Positions 58,701 through 64,000 of a stretch of DNA of 64,000 nucleotides are shown here, piece by piece. The translations under genes and the position numbers were made by a program. The stretch is from contig JBEKQZ010000001.1 of NCBI GenBank assembly GCA_049519175.1, positions 17,021-81,020 of the forward strand. Direction: 5' to 3'. This DNA is from Candidatus Levyibacteriota bacterium (GTDB lineage: Bacteria > Patescibacteriota > Microgenomatia > Levybacterales > UBA12049). Numbering within the stretch: position 1 is the stretch's first letter; each line of letters starts with the position of its first letter. Under the pieces are notes generated by a model. That model had not been told where the DNA came from and did no database searches. It was given only the letters and a program-made list of their open reading frames with translations.

Positions 58701-59156
58701 CCTTTGGGCGGAAAAGCGCAAATGGGCGGACAGCGTTTGGGAGAAATGGAAGTCTGGGCACTGGAAGCGCACCGGGCCAGATACACTTTGCAGGAAATGC
58801 TGACGACCAAATCTGACGATGTAGTCGGAAGGGCCAAAGCTTTTGAAGCCATCGTCAAAGGAATGGATATTCCCACGCCAAAAGTGCCGGAGTCATTTAA
58901 AGTTTTAATTAAAGAACTTAACGCTTTGGGTTTAAATGTAGTGCCGGTCGGGGCGACAGTGGTTAAAGCGCCCGTCGACGCACCTGTAGAGTCAATTGAA
59001 GTGGAAAAAGAACAAGAGGCAGTGGCGGGCGAAGCCAAAGAGCTGGAAAAAGAGTTAGGCGGGACAGACGTGGTTGAAGAAGGCAGCGTTTCCGCCGGCA
59101 CGCCGCTTCAAGAAGCAGGGACTCAAGCAGAAACGGAGGCAGGAACAAATGAATAA
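55737..59156 (+). CDS. rpoB: DNA-directed RNA polymerase subunit beta
   Basis: 1139 aa with canonical blocks throughout, e.g. ...GDKLAGRHGNKGVISKILP.... Confidence 0.98.
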   Translation: MAKKSNNDNTNQPRTNWGKDFSLLPNLDLLAIQKQSYKWFLEQGIKEVLQEISPIDDFTEKNWTLELKDYRIGKTTNTPEIALSKGVTFDAPLYVNATLTNKKTGATYDQEVFLGDIPQMTERATFVINGIERAVVNQLVRSPGVFFTATQDNVTGKTLYNAEIRPVHGSWLEFITTRHETVMVKIDRRRKFLVTTFLRALGISSNDDIKNRFRDVETDGKTQFIENTLLKDETTDAQEALIEIFRKMHPGEPVVLDKVRENFLGMFFNNRRYDLGAVGRYKINKKLDGTAGFHAPNLDTKILTVEDIIGTISFLIKLAQGTEGIDDIDSLANRRVRCVGELVATTAFRIGALRLERSVKERMSLIQPDVPVSIGGLINARPIMAAINEFFRTSQLSTILDQTNPLSEIDNLNRLTVMGTGGISRERAAFSIRDINSSQYSRICPIRSPEGPNIGLVTYLALYAKVNEFGFLEAPYRKVVHEKRGKDIKSIATNEIVYLSADDERKHYITDAQVVTADNKIIDERVPVRFNGEFMESAKEAVEYVDLVPRQVVGSAASLIPFVSHDEANRALMGTHMQCQAVPLISPQSPVVGTGMEGLISQMMGRVIYVPYDAQVTYADAQKIIIKGKGQKEETFKVFSFQRTSQATAYTQRTMVKTGQKVKKGDLLIDGPASQNGELALGQNLLIAYTSLDGLGYEDGIVISDRMVKEDLLSSIHIERYESAVVETKLGPEETTRDIPNVSEEDLANLDEEGIVVIGSEVSPGDILVGKIAPKGETELSAEERLLRAIFGEQAREVRDTSLRMPHGERGTVIDVQILDRKKGDELEPGTMRKILVEVAQLRHVVIGDKLAGRHGNKGVISKILPEVDMPHLADGTPVDIIISPISVLARMNLGQLLEAHLGWAEINLGEKISAPVFEEINEDKIISELKKAGLPVEGKTILYDGRTGEPYENPAAVGIEYMMKLIHMVEDKTHARSTGPYSLVTQQPLGGKAQMGGQRLGEMEVWALEAHRARYTLQEMLTTKSDDVVGRAKAFEAIVKGMDIPTPKVPESFKVLIKELNALGLNVVPVGATVVKAPVDAPVESIEVEKEQEAVAGEAKELEKELGGTDVVEEGSVSAGTPLQEAGTQAETEAGTNE

Positions 59157-62100
59157 CGATAAGAAAAATAAAGATATTACCATTTTGGATTTTAAATCGC
59201 TAAAGCTTTTGTTAGCCGCCAAAGAGGATATTCTGAATTGGTCTTACGGTGAAATTACCAAGCCGGAAACCATCAATTACCGCACTTTAAAGCCGGAAAA
59301 AGACGGGCTGTTTGACGAAAGAATTTTTGGACCGACCAAAGACTGGGAATGTTACTGCGGAAAATACAAAAGAATTAGAAATAGAGGCATTATTTGCGAT
59401 AAGTGCGGCGTTGAAGTGACACTCTCAAGAGTCAGACGCGAAAGAATGGGACACATTACACTCGCTTCTCCGGTGGCGCATGTTTGGTTCTTTAAAGGTT
59501 CGTCTTCGCCGTTGTCGCTGATTTTGGATATGTCGCAAAAAAGTTTGGAAGGCGTCATTTATTACGCTTCATATTTAGTAACCGAGTTGGACGAAGAAAA
59601 GAAAAAGAAAGGCTTGGAAGAGTTGGGTAAAACTATTGAACAAAGAAAAGCGGCGCAACAAAAAGAAATCGAGACCGAAGAAAAAACGATTGAAAAGGAA
59701 TTGCAGGATAAATTAAAAGACGCTTCCAAAATCAAAGTTAAGGGCGAGCAAAAACAATTAATGAGCCAGGAGTTTGAGTTGCAAAGAAGACAAAGAATCG
59801 CCCGTTTGGAAGAAAGAGCTGCAGGTGAAGCGAAGAAACTCGATGAAATTCAGGACGCTTTGACCAAACTGATCAGAAGTCTTAAAGTCGGCAGCGTTTT
59901 ATCGGAAGACGAATATTTCAAACTTTTGGAATACGATATTCCGGTTTTTTTCACCATTAAAACCGGCGCCGAAGGTTTAATGGAGTTAGTGAATAAGATT
60001 GATTTGGCGGCCCTGATTGTAACACTGCGCGAGGAAACAGCCAAATCCAAAGGGCAAAGATATTTCAAATTAATCAAAAGATTAAGACTGTTGGAATCGA
60101 TGCGCAAAGCCGGAGTTAGTCCGATTTCCATGGTGCTTTCGGTCTTACCGGTGATTCCTCCGGACCTTCGACCGATGGTGCAGTTGGCCGGCGGAAGATT
60201 TGCCACTTCGGATTTAAACGATTTATATAGAAGGGTAATTAACAGAAATAATCGATTAAAGCACTTAATTTCCTTGGGTGCGCCGGAAATAATTTTGCGA
60301 AACGAAAAAAGAATGCTGCAGGAGTCGGTCGATTCCTTAATTGACGCGTCACAACGCTCCAGCCAGGTTGTCGCGTCGCCGCTTCGCTCACTTTCCGATA
60401 TGTTAAGAGGAAAACAGGGAAGATTCAGACAAAATTTATTGGGTAAAAGAGTTGATTATTCCGGCCGCAGTGTTATCGTTGTCGGACCGGAACTGACTCT
60501 TTCGCAATGCGGATTGCCAAAAGAAATGGCTTTGGAAATGTTTAAGCCGTTTGTTTTAAGGGAAGTAATTGTTCGGGGATATGCTCCAAATATCAAATCC
60601 GCCAAGCGGTTTATCGAAAAAAGAAGCCCGGAAGTGTTCGACATTTTGGAAGAAATCACCCGCAACCATCCGGTGCTTTTAAACCGTGCGCCAACGCTGC
60701 ATAAGCTCGGCATTCAAGCTTTTTATCCAGTTCTAATTGAAGGTAGCGCAATCTCTTTGCATCCTTGCGTTTGTGCCGGTTACAACGCGGATTTTGACGG
60801 CGACCAGATGGCGGTGCATATTCCGTTGTCCGCCAAAGCGCAGGAAGAAGCGATAACTCTGATGATGCCAAGACAAAATTTGTTAAAGCCGGCCGACGGC
60901 AGCCCGATTACTTTGCCCAATAAAGAAATGGCAGTCGGGGTTTTCTATTTAACGACCATCGACGAGTCTTCCCGCAAGGAAGAATTACCGACTTTTGGGC
61001 AGCTCAATGAAGCCCATCTTTCTTTTTCTTTAGGCAAAATTAAATTAAGAGAACCAATTAATGTCCGAATCGACAAAGAATTAACCGAAACGACCGTCGG
61101 GAGATTAATGTTCAACGAACGCTTGCCAAAAGAATTCGGTTTTATTAACGAGCCGATTAAAGCCTCGGGAATTAAAAGATTAATTACCAGCGCCATCAAA
61201 AAATACAGTTCGGAAGAAGTCGAACTGATGATTGATAGCATTAAAGCGCTTGGATTTTACGGTTCGACCGTTTCGGGAATTTCGGTTTCGGTTTTTGACA
61301 ACAAAATGGTACCGGAGAAAAATAGTTTAATCGCCGAAGCGGAAGGAAAAGTCGCCAGCGTGCAAGCAAATTATCAGGAAGGACTGATTACCGGAGAAGA
61401 AAGAAAACGACTTTCGAATGACATTTGGTTGGCTACCACCGATAAGATTGCCGATTTAACTTGGAATAATCTCCAGCCCGATAATATGATTAAAGTGATT
61501 ATTGATTCCGAAGGAGCCAGAGCCGGAAAAGAACAGTTAAAACAGCTTTCGGCCATGAGAGGTCTTATTTTAGACCCGTTGGGCAAGATTGTTGAGCTGC
61601 CGATTAAATCAAATTTTAGAGAAGGACTGTCAATTTTTGAATACGTCGCATCAGCTAGGGGTTCCAGAAAAGGTTTAACCGATTCGGCTCTAAAAACCGC
61701 CAATGCCGGATATTTGACTCGAAGATTGGTGGACGTTTCTCATGATGTAATTACCAGAGCCGAAGATTGCGGCACCAACGAAGGTATCTTGATGTCTGTC
61801 GGCGAACAGGGGAGAACTGCCGCTTTTGCCGACCGGATTTTAGGCAGATTTGTGACTGAAAAAGTCGTTTCCAAGAAAAACAAAAAGGAAATTGTTAAAG
61901 CCGGCGAGGAAATTAACGAAGAAAAAGCTAAGCAAATTGTGGATAACGAAATAACGGAAGTAACCGTTAGAAGCCCCATTACCTGCAAATTGGAATACGG
62001 AATTTGCGCCAAATGCTATGGTTGGGATTTTTCCACCAAGCGAACGGTCAATTTGGGAGTGCCGGTTGGAGTCATCGCCGCCCAATCAATCGGAGAGCCG

Positions 62101-62862
62101 GGCACTCAGTTAACCATGCGGGTTAGACATTTCGGCGGAGTCGTTATGTCAGACGTGACACAAGGCTTACCAAGAGTAGAAGAGCTATTCGAAATGCGCA
62201 CGCCGAAGAATTTGTCGCCGGTTTCGGAGCTGACCGGAAAAGTTGCGGTTGAAACCGGTGAAGACGGCTACGTGGTTACCGTTAAAAGTTCCAAAACCAA
62301 ACCAGCCGACGAAAAAGAATATTTTGTCCCGATGGCGTCAACCTTAAACGTGGCCGACGGCGACGAGATTTTGGCCGGAACTCAGTTGGCGCAGGGCTAT
62401 CTTGATCCAAAAGAAGTTTTAAAAATTAAAGGTCTGGTTGACGGACAACGTTATGTGATCGGCGAAGCGCAAAAAGTTTACGAGTCACAGGGAATCGGTA
62501 TTAATGACAAGCATTTCGAAGTAATTCTTAGAAAGATGTCCGACAAAGTGATCATTGAAACCGTCGGCGATACGGCTTTAATTCCGGGTGACTTTATTAC
62601 CAAAACCAGATTCGAACAAATTAACGCTGAAGTTTTGTCTCAGGGTGGAGAACCGGCTACAGCCAGACAAACTATCTTGGGCATTACCAAATCATCTTTG
62701 TTCTCCGATTCCTGGCTTTCGGCTTCGTCCTTCCAGGAAACAACCAAAGTTTTAACCGACGCCGCCCTTGAGGGAGCGGAAGATAATTTGGTTGGACTGA
62801 AAGAAAATGTTATTATTGGAAGACTGATTCCGGTCGAGGGAAATATTCCCGAAACAGTTTAA
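59149..62862 (+). CDS. rpoC: DNA-directed RNA polymerase subunit beta'
   Basis: Start moved to ATG 59149 ([17 protein letters not shown]...), an 8-nt overlap with rpoB; the ORF-track start at 59074 lies inside rpoB. Zn-finger [20 protein letters not shown] and NADFDGDQM motif. Confidence 0.97.
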   Translation: MNNDKKNKDITILDFKSLKLLLAAKEDILNWSYGEITKPETINYRTLKPEKDGLFDERIFGPTKDWECYCGKYKRIRNRGIICDKCGVEVTLSRVRRERMGHITLASPVAHVWFFKGSSSPLSLILDMSQKSLEGVIYYASYLVTELDEEKKKKGLEELGKTIEQRKAAQQKEIETEEKTIEKELQDKLKDASKIKVKGEQKQLMSQEFELQRRQRIARLEERAAGEAKKLDEIQDALTKLIRSLKVGSVLSEDEYFKLLEYDIPVFFTIKTGAEGLMELVNKIDLAALIVTLREETAKSKGQRYFKLIKRLRLLESMRKAGVSPISMVLSVLPVIPPDLRPMVQLAGGRFATSDLNDLYRRVINRNNRLKHLISLGAPEIILRNEKRMLQESVDSLIDASQRSSQVVASPLRSLSDMLRGKQGRFRQNLLGKRVDYSGRSVIVVGPELTLSQCGLPKEMALEMFKPFVLREVIVRGYAPNIKSAKRFIEKRSPEVFDILEEITRNHPVLLNRAPTLHKLGIQAFYPVLIEGSAISLHPCVCAGYNADFDGDQMAVHIPLSAKAQEEAITLMMPRQNLLKPADGSPITLPNKEMAVGVFYLTTIDESSRKEELPTFGQLNEAHLSFSLGKIKLREPINVRIDKELTETTVGRLMFNERLPKEFGFINEPIKASGIKRLITSAIKKYSSEEVELMIDSIKALGFYGSTVSGISVSVFDNKMVPEKNSLIAEAEGKVASVQANYQEGLITGEERKRLSNDIWLATTDKIADLTWNNLQPDNMIKVIIDSEGARAGKEQLKQLSAMRGLILDPLGKIVELPIKSNFREGLSIFEYVASARGSRKGLTDSALKTANAGYLTRRLVDVSHDVITRAEDCGTNEGILMSVGEQGRTAAFADRILGRFVTEKVVSKKNKKEIVKAGEEINEEKAKQIVDNEITEVTVRSPITCKLEYGICAKCYGWDFSTKRTVNLGVPVGVIAAQSIGEPGTQLTMRVRHFGGVVMSDVTQGLPRVEELFEMRTPKNLSPVSELTGKVAVETGEDGYVVTVKSSKTKPADEKEYFVPMASTLNVADGDEILAGTQLAQGYLDPKEVLKIKGLVDGQRYVIGEAQKVYESQGIGINDKHFEVILRKMSDKVIIETVGDTALIPGDFITKTRFEQINAEVLSQGGEPATARQTILGITKSSLFSDSWLSASSFQETTKVLTDAALEGAEDNLVGLKENVIIGRLIPVEGNIPETV

Positions 62863-62866
62863 GCAT

Positions 62867-63364
62867 ATGCCAACACTTTCACAACTTTCCAAACAAGGTA
62901 GACACAAAAAAATTAAAAAAGTCCGCTCAACCGGCTTAAGAAGAATTTATAATGCCAAAGAGCGAAGATATAAAGAATTAAATTCTCCGCAAAAGCGTGG
63001 TGTGGTTACTCTGGTTAAAACAATGACGCCAAAGAAACCAAATTCGGCTCTTCGAAAAGTCGCCAGAGTCAAGCTTTCCAACCGCAGCGAAGTCACCGCA
63101 TATATTCAAGGTGTCGGACACTCTTTGGCGGAACACGGAATTGTTCTGGTCAGAGGCGGAAGAGTCAAGGATTTACCGGGCGTAAAATACCACATCATCA
63201 GAGGCAAGTTTGATTTACAGGGAGTCGAAGGCAGAAAAACTTCCAGAAGTAAATACGGAGCCAAGAAATCGGGCGGTCCAATTAGAGTTGCGGGAGCGGC
63301 TCCCGCGTCAAACGCGGCTTCGCAGGCAGCTCCACAACCGGCGGCGGAGGCGCCAACAACCTAA
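62867..63364 (+). CDS. rpsL: 30S ribosomal protein S12 with an Ala/Pro-rich C-terminal extension of about 30 aa
   Basis: ...[18 protein letters not shown]...[17 protein letters not shown]... then ...[22 protein letters not shown]. Confidence 0.93.
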   Translation: MPTLSQLSKQGRHKKIKKVRSTGLRRIYNAKERRYKELNSPQKRGVVTLVKTMTPKKPNSALRKVARVKLSNRSEVTAYIQGVGHSLAEHGIVLVRGGRVKDLPGVKYHIIRGKFDLQGVEGRKTSRSKYGAKKSGGPIRVAGAAPASNAASQAAPQPAAEAPTT

Positions 63365-63365
63365 T

Positions 63366-63836
63366 ATGAGACATAAAAAAGCAGAAAAAAGATTAGTTGA
63401 AGACGATAAGATTTATCAAAACAAACTCGTGACCAAATTCATTAACCGCATGATGAAAGACGGTAAAAAGTCAGTGGCGGAAAAAACTTTTTATCAAAGC
63501 TTTGAGCTTTTGAAAAAAGACGGCGACCCGTTAGTGCTTTTTGACACAGCGCTTAATAATGTCGGTCCAAAAATTGAAGTCAAAGCCAAAAGAGTCGGGG
63601 GAGCAAATTATCAAGTTCCGCAGGAAGTCAGAGGCGAAAGAAGATTGAGTTTGGCGATTAGGTGGATTTTGGAGGCGGCCAGAAGCCGCTCAAGCAAAGA
63701 TTATCATACTTTCGCGCAAAAATTGGCAGCGGAAATTCTGGACGCAACTAAAAACGAAGGCGCAGCGATTAAGAAGAGAGATTCGGTTATCCGTATGGCA
63801 GAAGCCAACCGAGCCTTCGGCCACTTCCGATTCTAA
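63366..63836 (+). CDS. rpsG: 30S ribosomal protein S7
   Basis: [46 protein letters not shown].... The ORF-track start at 63210 reads through the rpsL 3' end in another frame and is rejected. Confidence 0.93.
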   Translation: MRHKKAEKRLVEDDKIYQNKLVTKFINRMMKDGKKSVAEKTFYQSFELLKKDGDPLVLFDTALNNVGPKIEVKAKRVGGANYQVPQEVRGERRLSLAIRWILEAARSRSSKDYHTFAQKLAAEILDATKNEGAAIKKRDSVIRMAEANRAFGHFRF

Positions 63837-63878
63837 ACTCTATTTTATTTCAGCAAGATTTATCGTATTCTAATACTA

Positions 63879-64000
63879 TGGCACAAGAGATAACAGACAG
63901 ATTAAAGACATTAGACAAAGTTAGAAACATTGGCATTATTGCCCATATTGACGCGGGCAAAACTACTACCACCGAGCGCATCCTTTTTTACACAGGAAAA
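63879..64000 (+). CDS. fusA: Elongation factor G, 5' fragment (continues beyond the window)
   Basis: [41 protein letters not shown]. Not in the ORF track because it is truncated by the window edge. Confidence 0.9.

Noticed and set aside
59074-59148. ORF-track start of rpoC at 59074 and of rpsG at 63210
   Set aside because: Both extensions read through the 3' end of the preceding gene (rpoB, rpsL) in another frame and encode Arg/Lys-rich junk. Conserved N-termini begin at 59149 (MNNDKK...) and 63366 (MRHKKAEK...).

Overview
This window is a dense, small-genome-style bacterial stretch (GC around 45%, frequent 4-8 nt gene overlaps). Its content suggests a Patescibacteria/CPR-like organism: short IF-2, short HrcA, DnaJ without a Zn-finger, no rbfA/truB after infB, and many surface-glycan, type IV pilus and sortase genes. 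I am confident about the housekeeping backbone: rpsT, murJ, lepA, groES-groEL, metK, metG, hrcA-grpE, dnaK, glmS, dnaJ, nusA-infB-(nrnA-like)-rpsO-pnp-rnj-ftsK, rodZ-like, mltG, deoA-family phosphorylase, alaS, rpoB-rpoC-rpsL-rpsG and the start of fusA. The accessory content is more interesting: (1) two minus-strand cell-envelope loci that together resemble an actinobacterial arabinogalactan-type toolkit (LCP ligase, three GT-C-type membrane glycosyltransferases, a UDP-galactopyranose-mutase-like flavoenzyme, a WecA-like GT4, a UbiA-family decaprenyl-phosphate phosphoribosyltransferase-like enzyme and a GT2). (2) a pilN-pilO operon translationally coupled to a large LPPTG-terminated surface protein, a second cohesin/PKD LPPTG protein, and a sortase coupled to a PilM/FtsA-like membrane fusion protein. 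(3) an S-box-like SAM riboswitch with a terminator/SD-sequestering platform between metG and metK. (4) an ~850-bp insert with atypical codon usage flanked by a 38-nt duplication of the dnaJ 3' end. (5) a membrane-anchored Hsp100/Clp ATPase with a degenerate D1 module. (6) CIRCE-like operators on consensus promoters of groES and hrcA. No rRNA, tRNA, CRISPR array or transposase was found. Small-motif coordinates are hand-derived and may be off by 1-2 nt.
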